A stretch of DNA of 64,000 nucleotides from Nitrosomonadales bacterium (GTDB lineage Bacteria; Pseudomonadota; Gammaproteobacteria; Burkholderiales; Gallionellaceae). The position numbers were made by a program, and so were the translations under genes. The notes under the pieces are model-generated. The model was not told where the DNA came from. It made no database searches and saw only the letters and a program-made list of their open reading frames with translations. Positions 32,589 to 41,699 of the stretch are shown here, piece after piece. The stretch lies in the NCBI GenBank assembly GCA_016213335.1, contig JACRAQ010000115.1, positions 1,338-65,337 on the forward strand. Direction: 5' to 3'. Each line of letters starts with the position of its first letter. The first letter of the stretch is position 1.

Positions 32589-33665
32589 ATGAAAGAAATC
32601 CCCATCCACTCTCCGCGCGCCCTGCTGCGCCGCTACCTTGCTGCCGGCTATGCGCTGTTCATCGCCTATGCGAGCCTGTCGCCATTCTCCGGCTGGCAGG
32701 AGCAGGGGCTGGCATTTTCTGCCGTGCTGGCAGCGCCGCTGATGCAGACCTACACCCCGTTCGACGCGACGGCCAACCTGCTGGCTTATCTGCCGTTCGG
32801 CCTGCTGCTCGGCCTGTCGCTGCGCGCCCACTTTGGCGCGGCCTTGAGCGTACTGCTCGCCACCCTGGGTGGAGCGGCGCTTTCCGCCACGATGGAATAC
32901 GCGCAGATGTACTTGCCGCCGCGCACCAGCTCCAACCTGGATTTGCTCACCAACGGCATCGGCTCGCTGGCCGGCGGCTTGCTGGCGGCAAGCATCGCCC
33001 CCCCCGCCAGGTTCGCAATGCACCACGGGCTATGGCGCACCCCCCTGCTCCACAGCCACGAAGGGGCAGATTTCGGGCTGGCGCTGGTGGCGCTGTGGAT
33101 ATTCGCGCAGATCAACCCTTCCCTGCCGATGCTGGGCAACGTATTCATCAGCGAAGTGGCGCGCGCGCCGTTTGCCGCCGAGCAACCCGAGCCATTCAAC
33201 TGGCTGGAAAGCGCGGCGGTATCGCTCAACCTGCTGATGCTGGGACTGCTGCTGCTGACCTTGCTGCGCGAGCGCCGCCATGCGGCAGGGGCGATGCTGG
33301 CCGTGCTGTGCGCGGTGGCGCTGGCCAAATTTGTCGCCGCCGCCGCGCTGCTGAAATCCTGGGCGCTGCTGCTGTGGCTGAACAGCGAAGCGATGCTGGG
33401 CATTTTCTCCGGCGTGCTGCTGCTGACTGCCGCGAGCTGGCTGCCGCTCGCGCGGCAGCTCTGGTTCATGGGCGGGGTGGCACTGGCCTACCTGGTGCTG
33501 GCTCATCTGGTGCTGGAAAGCGGCGCGCCTTCTGCCGCCATGCGCCTCTACCACTGGCACTACGGCCACCTGCTCAACTATAACGGCCTGTCGCAAACCG
33601 CCGCGCTGGCGTTCCCGCTCCTGCTGCTGGGCTATCTGTGGCGCATCGCCGCGCGGCGTGCGTAG
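32589..33665 (+). CDS. VanZ-like membrane protein
   Basis: 358 aa from ATG 32589. The N-terminal VanZ-like region shows NLLAYLPFGLLLG and MEYAQMYLPPRTSSNLDLLTNGIGSLAGG. Further TM helices follow. Confidence 0.55.
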   Translation: MKEIPIHSPRALLRRYLAAGYALFIAYASLSPFSGWQEQGLAFSAVLAAPLMQTYTPFDATANLLAYLPFGLLLGLSLRAHFGAALSVLLATLGGAALSATMEYAQMYLPPRTSSNLDLLTNGIGSLAGGLLAASIAPPARFAMHHGLWRTPLLHSHEGADFGLALVALWIFAQINPSLPMLGNVFISEVARAPFAAEQPEPFNWLESAAVSLNLLMLGLLLLTLLRERRHAAGAMLAVLCAVALAKFVAAAALLKSWALLLWLNSEAMLGIFSGVLLLTAASWLPLARQLWFMGGVALAYLVLAHLVLESGAPSAAMRLYHWHYGHLLNYNGLSQTAALAFPLLLLGYLWRIAARRA

Positions 33666-33724
33666 TAAGATATGCTCCAAGCACCAGCCCCCTTAACCGA
33701 CCCATCCACCGAAAAGGAAAAATC

Positions 33725-34042
33725 ATGAGCAGCCCATTCTTTCACAAGCATGTTTTCTTTTGCACCAACCAGCGTGATGACGGCGAGGACTGCTGCGGCA
33801 AGCACGGCGCGCAAAAACTGCGCAATTACGTCAAGGACAAGGTCAAGGAACTGGGGATCTACAGCAACAAGAACCGCATCCGCATCAACTCGGCTGGCTG
33901 CATGGACCGCTGCGACGACGCCCCGGTACTGGTCGTGTACCCGGAAGGCGTGTGGTACACCTACAAGAACGAAAGCGATCTCGACGAGATCATCGAAGAA
34001 CACCTGAAGAACGGGCGCGTGGTGGAGCGGCTGAAAATCTGA
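33725..34042 (+). CDS. thioredoxin-like [2Fe-2S] ferredoxin domain protein
   Basis: 105 aa from ATG 33725 with the Cys pattern FFCTNQR..GEDCC…SAGCMDRC, as in (2Fe-2S) ferredoxin-domain proteins. Confidence 0.75.
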   Translation: MSSPFFHKHVFFCTNQRDDGEDCCGKHGAQKLRNYVKDKVKELGIYSNKNRIRINSAGCMDRCDDAPVLVVYPEGVWYTYKNESDLDEIIEEHLKNGRVVERLKI

Positions 34043-34665
34043 TGGGATTGCACAAGTTTGATATTTCCGCCCCGGCAGGCACACTGGAAGGGGCAGTACA
34101 TATCCCTGATGCAGAGCCGCTCGCGATTGCCATCATCGCCCACCCGCTGCCCACCATGGGCGGCACGATGGAAAACAAAGTCGTCACCACGCTGGCGAAA
34201 ACCTTTGCCGAACTTGGCTTCATTGCATTGCGCTTCAACTTTCGCGGCGTGGGGGATAGCAGCGGAGCCTTCGATAATGGGGAGGGCGAGATGGAGGATG
34301 CGCTGGCCGTGGCACGGCATGCCCAAATGGAATATGGTCACCTGCCGCTGGTTCTGGCTGGTTTTTCCTTCGGCGCTTACGTACAGGCATGTGCTGCACA
34401 GCTACTACGCCCGCGCCACCTGGTGCTGATCGCGCCTGCGACCGGCCGCTTCGAGATGCCGCATGTGCCGCACGCTACTCTCGTGATTCATGGCGAACAG
34501 GATGAGGTGGTGCCACTGGCCGATGTCATGCAATGGGCGCGTCCGCAGCATCTGCCGGTCGTCGTGCTGCCGGAGGCCGGGCATTTTTTCCATGGACGCC
34601 TGAACCAGATCAGGGAAATTGTGAGCCACTATTTCTCCGGCCATGATCTTTCCGGCCATCACTAA
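34042..34665 (+). CDS. alpha/beta hydrolase
   Basis: 207 aa. ATG overlaps the upstream TGA. Nucleophile elbow GFSFGA, plus Asp/His candidates later (GEQDEVV, GHFFHG). Confidence 0.6.
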   Translation: MGLHKFDISAPAGTLEGAVHIPDAEPLAIAIIAHPLPTMGGTMENKVVTTLAKTFAELGFIALRFNFRGVGDSSGAFDNGEGEMEDALAVARHAQMEYGHLPLVLAGFSFGAYVQACAAQLLRPRHLVLIAPATGRFEMPHVPHATLVIHGEQDEVVPLADVMQWARPQHLPVVVLPEAGHFFHGRLNQIREIVSHYFSGHDLSGHH

Positions 34666-35579
34666 TGAATACCGTCATCTCGGCGCAAAACCTGCGCAAG
34701 TCCTATGCCGGGCAGGCAGTGGTAAACGGCGTCAATATTGCCATCAACAAGGGCGAGTGCTTCGGACTGCTTGGCCCGAACGGAGCAGGCAAGACGACTA
34801 CGCTACGCCTGCTGCTCGGCCTGACCGCCCCGGATAGCGGCGAGGTTGGATTGCTTGGCCGGACCGTGCCGCATCACGCACGCGAGGCGCGCCTGCGCGT
34901 GGGCGTGGTGCCGCAGATGGACAACCTGGATCCCGATTTCAGCGTGGCGGAAAACCTGCTGGTGTACGGACGCTATTTCGGCATGAAGGACCCCGAGATC
35001 AAGGCGCGCATTCCTGCCTTGCTGGAATTCGCCAACCTCACCCACAAGAAAGATGCAAAAATCCCCACCCTGTCCGGCGGCATGAAGCGCCGCCTCACGC
35101 TGGCGCGCGCGCTGGTGAACGACCCGGAAATCATTTTTCTCGACGAACCGACTACCGGGCTCGACCCGCAGGCGCGGCACCTCATCTGGCAGCGCCTGCG
35201 CGAAGTGACGCAACAGGGCAAGACCCTGCTGCTGACCACGCATTACATGGACGAGGCTGAGCGGCTGTGCCACCGTCTCGCCATCATGGATCTGGGAATG
35301 CTGATCGCACAGGACTCGCCGCGCGCCCTGATCGCACAGCATATCGAGCCGCAGGTGGTGGAAGTGTTCGGCGAGGGTGCAGGCAAATGGGCGCTGGAGC
35401 ATGCGGCACACTACGCGCAGCGCTTCGAGGTGAGCGGCGAGACCGCATTCTGTTATGTAGCCGATGCGGGGCCGTTGCTGGAGCATCTGGGCGAACGCAA
35501 GGAGCTGCGCTACCTGCACCGCCCGGCGAACCTGGAAGACGTATTCCTGAAGCTGACCGGCAGGGAGATGCGGGAATAA
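34665..35579 (+). CDS. ABC transporter ATP-binding protein (NodI/ABC-2 exporter type)
   Basis: 304 aa with Walker [10 protein letters not shown], signature LSGGMKRRL and Walker [13 protein letters not shown]. Confidence 0.9.
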   Translation: MNTVISAQNLRKSYAGQAVVNGVNIAINKGECFGLLGPNGAGKTTTLRLLLGLTAPDSGEVGLLGRTVPHHAREARLRVGVVPQMDNLDPDFSVAENLLVYGRYFGMKDPEIKARIPALLEFANLTHKKDAKIPTLSGGMKRRLTLARALVNDPEIIFLDEPTTGLDPQARHLIWQRLREVTQQGKTLLLTTHYMDEAERLCHRLAIMDLGMLIAQDSPRALIAQHIEPQVVEVFGEGAGKWALEHAAHYAQRFEVSGETAFCYVADAGPLLEHLGERKELRYLHRPANLEDVFLKLTGREMRE

Positions 35580-35591
35580 TGGGGGGGCAAG

Positions 35592-36377
35592 ATGAATAAT
35601 TATTTTTATACCCTGCCCCGCCTGAGCTTCCGGTTCATCCCGATCTGGCAGCGCCATTTCCTGGTATGGAAAAAGGTGGCGGCCACGTCCATCCTCGGCC
35701 ATCTGGCCGATCCGATCATCTACCTGCTGGGGCTGGGCTACGGCCTCGGCAGCCTGCTGCCGGAGATGGAGGGCACTTCCTACCTGCTGTTCCTCGCTGG
35801 CGGGACGGTGTGCTACAGCACCATGAACAGCGCCAGCTTCGAGGCGCTGTATTCCGGCTTCGCGCGCATGCACGAGCAGCGCACCTGGGATGCCATTCTC
35901 AACACGCCGGTCACGCTGGATGATGTCGTGCTGGCGGAAATCCTGTGGGCGGCGAGCAAGAGCCTGATGGCGGGAATGGCGGTATTGGTGGTGATCTGGC
36001 TGCTGGGGCTGGCGCACACCTGGCTGTCGCTGTGGGCGATACCGCTGGCGCTGCTGGTGGGGCTGTGCTTCGCCTCCATTGGCCTGATCATGACGGCACT
36101 GGCACCGAGTTACGATTTCTTCATGTATTACTTCACGCTGGTCATCACCCCGATGATGCTCCTGTGCGGCGTGTTTTTCCCGGTGGCACAATTGCCATCC
36201 GCACTGCAAGCCATGTCTGCAATTCTGCCGCTGTCGCACGCCGTGGACATTGCCCGGCCCTTGCTGAACGGCACACTGCCGTCGCATGCCTTGCTGCACA
36301 TTGCGGTGCTGATGGCATATACCCTATCCGGATTCTATGTGTCGCTGGTGTTGTTCCGGCGACGCTTGTCCACATAA
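35592..36377 (+). CDS. ABC-2 type transporter permease (NodJ-like)
   Basis: 261 aa with about 6 TM helices. Follows the ATPase directly. Confidence 0.85.
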   Translation: MNNYFYTLPRLSFRFIPIWQRHFLVWKKVAATSILGHLADPIIYLLGLGYGLGSLLPEMEGTSYLLFLAGGTVCYSTMNSASFEALYSGFARMHEQRTWDAILNTPVTLDDVVLAEILWAASKSLMAGMAVLVVIWLLGLAHTWLSLWAIPLALLVGLCFASIGLIMTALAPSYDFFMYYFTLVITPMMLLCGVFFPVAQLPSALQAMSAILPLSHAVDIARPLLNGTLPSHALLHIAVLMAYTLSGFYVSLVLFRRRLST

Positions 36378-36402
36378 AGCAACCGCTTTACGGAGCACAC
36401 CT

Positions 36403-37059
36403 ATGGAGAAAAGCTTCTGGCTTGAACGGTGGGAGCGCCAGGAAATCGGCTTTCACCAGGACGAGATCAACCCGTTTCTGGCCCAGCACTGGCAGGAATT
36501 GCAGCTGGCCCGCAATGCGAAAGTATTCGTCCCGCTTTGCGGCAAGAGCATGGATATGCTGTGGCTGCGCAAACAGGGGCACACCGTGCTCGGCGTGGAA
36601 TTGAGCTCCATTGCGGTGCAGGCATTCTTCAGGGAGAACGGCTACATGCCCATTCAAACTGAAAAGGGAAATTTCGAATGCTTTGAGGCAGACAACATCC
36701 GCATCCTGTGCGGTGACTTTTTTGACCTGGGAAAAGACGACTTAAAGGATGTGGGCGCAGTGTACGACCGGGCATCCCTGGTTGCCCTGCCTCCTGAAAT
36801 GCGCGAGCGCTACGTGCGGCACCTGCTGAGCATCCTGCCACCGGCAACCCGGATCCTGCTCCTCTCTTTCGACTACCACCAACCGGAAATGCCAGGCCCG
36901 CCTTTTGCGGTTTCCATTGAAGAAGTGGAGTCGCTCTACCAGGGGCGCGCATCAATACGTCTGCTGGCTCAACATGACACGCTGGATAAAAATTCACGCT
37001 TCCGGGAACGCGGATTGAGCCAATTGCAGGAAAACATTTTCCTGTTAACGCTGAAGTAA
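36403..37059 (+). CDS. tpm: thiopurine S-methyltransferase
   Basis: 218 aa from ATG 36403 with FWLERWERQEIGFHQDEINPFL..HW and VFVPLCGKSMDMLWL..QGH.VLGVELS. Confidence 0.85.
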   Translation: MEKSFWLERWERQEIGFHQDEINPFLAQHWQELQLARNAKVFVPLCGKSMDMLWLRKQGHTVLGVELSSIAVQAFFRENGYMPIQTEKGNFECFEADNIRILCGDFFDLGKDDLKDVGAVYDRASLVALPPEMRERYVRHLLSILPPATRILLLSFDYHQPEMPGPPFAVSIEEVESLYQGRASIRLLAQHDTLDKNSRFRERGLSQLQENIFLLTLK

Positions 37060-37148
37060 AAATACTCCAACAGGAAGCCGCAATACTGTATTACCGGCTA
37101 AAATAGCTGCATTCAGTGCCTGGCAGAAGCGCAAAATAGGAAATCGCC

Positions 37149-37559
37149 ATGTTATGGGTCAAGTCGTTTCACATCATCTTCGTCACCAGCTGGTTCGCGG
37201 GGCTGTTCTACCTGCCGCGCATTTTCGTCAACCTGGCGATGGTCACCCATGAGTCCGAGCGTGAACGCCTGCTGCTGATGTCGCACAAGCTATACCGTTT
37301 CGTGACTCCTATCGGAGCGCTGGCCTTGCTGTTTGGCATCTGGCTGTGGCTGGGTTACGGCATCACCGGCGGATGGATGCACGTCAAGCTGCTGCTGGTA
37401 GTCATTCTCGTCGTTTACCATTTCTATTGCGGCCGCCTGCTGGCCCAGTTCAGGCAAGGACAAAACTCGCATAACCATGTGTGGTACCGCTGGTTCAACG
37501 AAATCCCGGTGTTGCTCCTGCTGGCCGTGGTGATCCTGGTGACAGTCAAGCCCTTCTGA
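37149..37559 (+). CDS. hemJ: protoporphyrinogen oxidase HemJ (UPF0093/CopD-like)
   Basis: 136 aa with 4 TM helices and the characteristic N-terminus MLWVKSFHIIFVTSWFAGLFYLPRIFV. Confidence 0.8.
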   Translation: MLWVKSFHIIFVTSWFAGLFYLPRIFVNLAMVTHESERERLLLMSHKLYRFVTPIGALALLFGIWLWLGYGITGGWMHVKLLLVVILVVYHFYCGRLLAQFRQGQNSHNHVWYRWFNEIPVLLLLAVVILVTVKPF

Positions 37560-37634
37560 CCGGAATCATCAAGAACAGAACATAGCCCGGGCGAATTTTT
37601 CAGCCCCTGCCAAAAACTTTCAAAGACCCCCGAC

Positions 37635-38771
37635 ATGCCGGAATTCTTTGCTCCCTGCCCGCGCGGCCTGGAAGCGCTATTGAGCAATGAGCTGAGCAGG
37701 CTGGGCGCGCAGGAAGTGCGCGCTACCGACGGCGGCGTGGCGTTTTCCGGCGACTGGCCGTTGTGCTATCGCGCCAACCTGGGCAGCCGTATCGCCAGCC
37801 GCGTGCTGTGGCGCCTGGCGGTGAACGATTACCGTAACGAACAGGATATCTACGACGCCGCGCATGCGTTGCCGTGGGATAAATGGTTCGATGTAGCGTG
37901 CACCATCCGCGTCAATGTAGCAGCAATCCAGTGCCCGCTGAAAAGCCTGGATTTTGCCACGCTGAAGATTAAGGATGCGGTATGCGACAAATTCCGCAAG
38001 CTTGCCGGCGAGCGCCCCAGCGTGGATACCCATACGCCGGACATGCGCATCCATGCCTTCCTGGAGCAAAGCCGCATGACGCTGTACCTCGACACCTCCG
38101 GCGAGCCCCTGTTCAAGCGCGGCGTGCGCCTGCACACCAACATCGCGCCGATACGCGAAAATCTGGCAGCCGGAATTCTTGGAATCACTGGCTGGCAGCC
38201 GGGAACACCGCTGCTCGACCCGATGTGCGGCAGCGGCACCTTCCTGATTGAAGCAGCGCTGATGTCGCTCAATATTGCACCGGGCATCGGCCGCAGCTTT
38301 GCCTTCGAAAAGCTGAGGAATTTTGATGCCGCCACATGGCTGGCCATGCGCGCCGGGGCGCAAGCCGCGCAGCTTCCGGTGACGGAGCTGCCGATTTTCG
38401 GCAGCGACCTGTACGGCGATGCGCTCAAGGCGGCACACCGCAATCTGGAAGAGGCTGGCATCCGCCAGGCGGTTGAACTGAAACAGGCCAACGCGCTGGA
38501 AATTTCTGCGCCCGCCGACCATGGCGTGCTGGTGGCAAACCTGCCTTACGGTGAGCGCATGGGGGAACTGCAAGAGCTTGAAGAGCTGTATCCCAAACTG
38601 GGGGATATGCTGAAGAAAAAATTCGGCGGGTGGAATGCCTACCTGTTCACTTCCGATCTGCGCCTGCCCAAACTCATCCGCCTGTCGGCCTCGCGCCGCA
38701 CTCCCCTGTTCAATGGCGCAATCGAGTGCAGGCTATTCGAGTACAGGATGGTGGCCGGAAGCAACCGTTGA
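37635..38771 (+). CDS. THUMP-domain class I SAM-dependent RNA methyltransferase (RlmL-like)
   Basis: 378 aa with an N-terminal THUMP-like region, SAM motif DPMCGSGTFLIEAA and catalytic-type NLPYGER. Confidence 0.8.
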   Translation: MPEFFAPCPRGLEALLSNELSRLGAQEVRATDGGVAFSGDWPLCYRANLGSRIASRVLWRLAVNDYRNEQDIYDAAHALPWDKWFDVACTIRVNVAAIQCPLKSLDFATLKIKDAVCDKFRKLAGERPSVDTHTPDMRIHAFLEQSRMTLYLDTSGEPLFKRGVRLHTNIAPIRENLAAGILGITGWQPGTPLLDPMCGSGTFLIEAALMSLNIAPGIGRSFAFEKLRNFDAATWLAMRAGAQAAQLPVTELPIFGSDLYGDALKAAHRNLEEAGIRQAVELKQANALEISAPADHGVLVANLPYGERMGELQELEELYPKLGDMLKKKFGGWNAYLFTSDLRLPKLIRLSASRRTPLFNGAIECRLFEYRMVAGSNR

Positions 38772-38786
38772 ACGGCAAATCCCGCA

Positions 38787-39302
38787 TCAATGGACAAGCG
38801 GCTTCCAGCCGGGATCGTCAAAATAGGCTGCGTATTTCTCCAATGCGCCGATCACTTTTACGGCGCCATCCATGCGCTTCATTTTTTTCCGCTTGCCTTC
38901 CATCGCCGCGACGCCATCGAGTATATCGGCGATGATCAAATGCAGCTGCGCGTCGGCCTTCGGGTCGAGCTTGCAGTTGCTCACCATGTATTCCACCTCG
39001 CCGTTGACCTTCCTGGCCAGCCCGCCGTATTCGGCATCGGAAAACTTGCCGCCGTGTATGCCTTCCAGCGAGGCAGCAACGGCATCGCGGATGTTTGCCA
39101 TCGCTTTGCGCAACGGCTCATCTATCGCCCATTTCCTGCCATGGTCGAGCGTCAGTTTGGCAGCGCCGCCATGGCGTGAATGCCCGTGTTCTGCGGCGAG
39201 CAAGGCGTTGGCCGACCCGAAACAAATCAACAGGGCTGCGGCGCGAAGGCAATACGAAACCTGATATCTGGCATTCATGGTCACTCCATATTTGGCATTC
39301 AT
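38787..39302 (-). CDS. exported hypothetical protein, translationally coupled to the upstream GGDEF gene
   Basis: About 171 aa with signal peptide …CFGSANALLA. No family recognised. The start is ambiguous because the RBS+ATG is duplicated (ATG 39302 or 39278; the ORF track uses GTG 39308). Confidence 0.5.
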   Translation of the reverse strand: MNAKYGVTMNARYQVSYCLRAAALLICFGSANALLAAEHGHSRHGGAAKLTLDHGRKWAIDEPLRKAMANIRDAVAASLEGIHGGKFSDAEYGGLARKVNGEVEYMVSNCKLDPKADAQLHLIIADILDGVAAMEGKRKKMKRMDGAVKVIGALEKYAAYFDDPGWKPLVH

Positions 39303-39311
39303 GGTCACTCC
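39264..39311. repeat. 24-bp tandem duplication (2 copies, 23 of 24 identical) containing RBS + start codon
   Basis: Copy atatctggcattcatggtcactcc (39264-39287) is followed by atatttggcattcatggtcactcc (39288-39311). On the minus strand each copy reads GGAGTGACCATGAATGCCA(A/G)ATAT. The upstream copy also holds the TGA stop of the GGDEF gene. Confidence 0.9.
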
Positions 39312-40954
39312 GCCGGGAGCACGCGGTTTTTGCCGCTCTTCTTGGCCTGGTACATGGCCTTGTCGGCGCGACCGATCACGACTTCCGCTTCTTCATTCTC
39401 GGCGCGCAACGCCACGCCCGCGCTGAAGGTAATCAGCAGGCGCTTATTGTCGTTCAGGAAAAATTTCTTGGTAAGCTCGCGCTGCAGGCGGGTAATGGTT
39501 TCCACGGCTTCCGCCAGCCCGGTATCGGGCAGGACGATGATGAACTCCTCGCCGCCATAGCGCGCCACCGCATCGGTCGGACGCAGGGTTTCCTTGATGA
39601 CTCTGGTGAGATGCACCAGCGCCCGGTCGCCGGCCTGATGACCCAGGGTATCATTGAGCTGCTTGAAATTATCTATGTCGAGCATCACCAGGCTGACCGG
39701 AGCCTGCTGGCGGTCGGCACGCTTGATTTCGCGCTCCAGCGTTTCGTCCAGCCCGCGCCGGTTGAGCGCGCCGGTAAGCTGGTCCGCGTGCACCAGTTCG
39801 CTGGTTTGCTCCAGCTCCTGCTCCAGTTGCCGCACGCGATCTTCGGCTTGCTGCGCCTGCTTGCGGGTAACAAGCAGCTCTTCGTGGGAGCGTTGCGCGC
39901 TGTCCTGGATGACGCGCGTATCGTGCATCACTTCATCGAGTATTTTGCTCAATGCCGCAAGATTGTCTGCGCCTCTTATCCTCTGGCTGTACTCGAAAAT
40001 TTTGGTGTGGTATGCGCCGGTGCTTTCGGTCAAGCCACCCAGGTTGTCAATGAAAGTCGTCATCAGGCTCTTGAGGGTAACCTTGGCATCGTTCAGGCTT
40101 TGCTTCAGGAAACCCTGCTCGATGATGGCATTGCGCAGATTGCGCTCCGCATCGGCGATGGTGCGCTTGTCCATGGGCTGCGAGATGATTTCCTGCAAGG
40201 TGAGGATCTGGCCATGCACCCACTTCTCGTCCGTGGCCAGCTCGCCGATATTTTCCACCAGCAATCGCAACAGGCGCACCACGCCTTCCTGTATCTTCTC
40301 CTTGTCCTCACTGCGCAATTCCAGCTTGATCCAGAACTGGCGCAGTTGCTTGGACAGCCTGGCAACCTGCCCGTGGTCTCCTGCAGCACGCGCCTGTTGG
40401 GCCAAAGCCCGGATCTCATCCGCCAGTTCGGGCTGCGCGCCAAGCGAGCTTTCCAGAGCTTGCGCCAGCAGCTCGCGTAACTGGGCCGTAAGTTCAATAC
40501 TCTTGATTACGCCTTGCGGCGAGCCCGATGGCGCCGGAGCAGCCGCAGACGGCTCCAGCACCGCCGGAACCAGCTCGCTGGAGCCGGGCGCGACCGGCGC
40601 ACTGGACCAGGAATGCACCAAAGCCTGCAACTTCTCGAACAGCGCGTCCGGGTTGGCGGCAAACTTGTTCAGCACGGTCTCCAGGCCGTCCCTCTTGCGG
40701 GTAAGGGTGATGCCTTTGTGCGGGGTCTCCAGTTGCTTGAGCAGATCGCGGATCAGCCTGGACCATACCGGAGCCGGCTTTTCCTGCCCGCCCGGCTGCG
40801 CCTGCGGCGCCGCAACTCCCGGCGCCCCGCTACCCGCACCGCCGATTTCCTGGTAAACGCGCGCATAGTTGTCTGGCGTCGGGATGATTTTGCGCGCGGC
40901 CAGGGTTTTCAGGGTTTCTCGCGCAATGTCGGAGGGGTTGGTGAGTGTGGCCAT
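39305..40954 (-). CDS. diguanylate cyclase (GGDEF domain) with long helical N-terminal region
   Basis: 549 aa with the C-terminal GGDEF domain DIDNFKQLND, the I-site RPTD five residues before the active site, and GGEEF itself. Confidence 0.9.
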   Translation of the reverse strand: MATLTNPSDIARETLKTLAARKIIPTPDNYARVYQEIGGAGSGAPGVAAPQAQPGGQEKPAPVWSRLIRDLLKQLETPHKGITLTRKRDGLETVLNKFAANPDALFEKLQALVHSWSSAPVAPGSSELVPAVLEPSAAAPAPSGSPQGVIKSIELTAQLRELLAQALESSLGAQPELADEIRALAQQARAAGDHGQVARLSKQLRQFWIKLELRSEDKEKIQEGVVRLLRLLVENIGELATDEKWVHGQILTLQEIISQPMDKRTIADAERNLRNAIIEQGFLKQSLNDAKVTLKSLMTTFIDNLGGLTESTGAYHTKIFEYSQRIRGADNLAALSKILDEVMHDTRVIQDSAQRSHEELLVTRKQAQQAEDRVRQLEQELEQTSELVHADQLTGALNRRGLDETLEREIKRADRQQAPVSLVMLDIDNFKQLNDTLGHQAGDRALVHLTRVIKETLRPTDAVARYGGEEFIIVLPDTGLAEAVETITRLQRELTKKFFLNDNKRLLITFSAGVALRAENEEAEVVIGRADKAMYQAKKSGKNRVLPAE

Positions 40955-41066
40955 GGGTAAACTTGCTGGTTGCTTGGCTTAAAGTGATTTATTGGCAGTA
41001 TTCCGGCTGGAGAAAACGGGAAATAGCGGCGGTTCCCCCTTCCATTTGCGGATTATACCTATAACG

Positions 41067-41699
41067 CTAATCAATCAGATGGTTATTGATGGCATAGCGC
41101 ACCGCCTCGGCATTGTTTTTCAATTTCATCTTTTCCAGCAAGCGCGCGCGGTACACGCTGACGGTCTTGGCGCTGAGCGACATGGCTTCCGCGATTTCGC
41201 TCAGGGTTTTGCCGGACGCCATCAGGCACAGAGTCTGGTATTCCCGGTTGGAGAGCGTCTGGTGCAACAGTTCCTGGTAACCTTGCGACAGGCCGTCGGC
41301 AAGCTGCTCCGCCAGTTCGCTGCTGATGTATTTCTTGCCGCTGGCAACCTGGCGGATAGCGGTGACCAGCTGAGTCGGGGCGCTTTGCTTGCTCAAGTAA
41401 CCGGCCGCCCCTGCCTTCATCGAACGCAGCGCATATTGCTCTTCGGGGTGCATGCTCAGCATCAGCACCGGCAGTTGGGGATGGTTGAGCCTGAGTTGCC
41501 GCAACACGTCTATTCCATTCCTGTCCGGCATGGTGATGTCCAGCAGCACCACATCGTACTGGCTTACCTGTGCCATGCGGATGGCTTGCGCGCCACACTC
41601 GGCTTCGCCGGTCACGCGCATGTCTTCGGTGTCGTCGAGAATCTGTTTCATTCCCTTGCGGATCAGGGCGTGGTCATCCACCACCAGAATTGTTATCAT
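41067..41699 (-). CDS. NarL/FixJ (LuxR-type HTH) response regulator
   Basis: 210 aa. REC domain shows VVDDH and VLLDITMPDRNG. The C-terminus LSNREYQTLCLMASGKTLSEIAEAMSLSAKTVSVYRARLLEKM is a LuxR-type HTH. Confidence 0.9.
   Translation of the reverse strand: MITILVVDDHALIRKGMKQILDDTEDMRVTGEAECGAQAIRMAQVSQYDVVLLDITMPDRNGIDVLRQLRLNHPQLPVLMLSMHPEEQYALRSMKAGAAGYLSKQSAPTQLVTAIRQVASGKKYISSELAEQLADGLSQGYQELLHQTLSNREYQTLCLMASGKTLSEIAEAMSLSAKTVSVYRARLLEKMKLKNNAEAVRYAINNHLID

Noticed and set aside
34803-36299. 498-aa minus-strand ORF antisense to the ABC ATPase and permease genes
   Set aside because: It overlaps genes with Walker A/B and ABC signature motifs. It is a shadow ORF.
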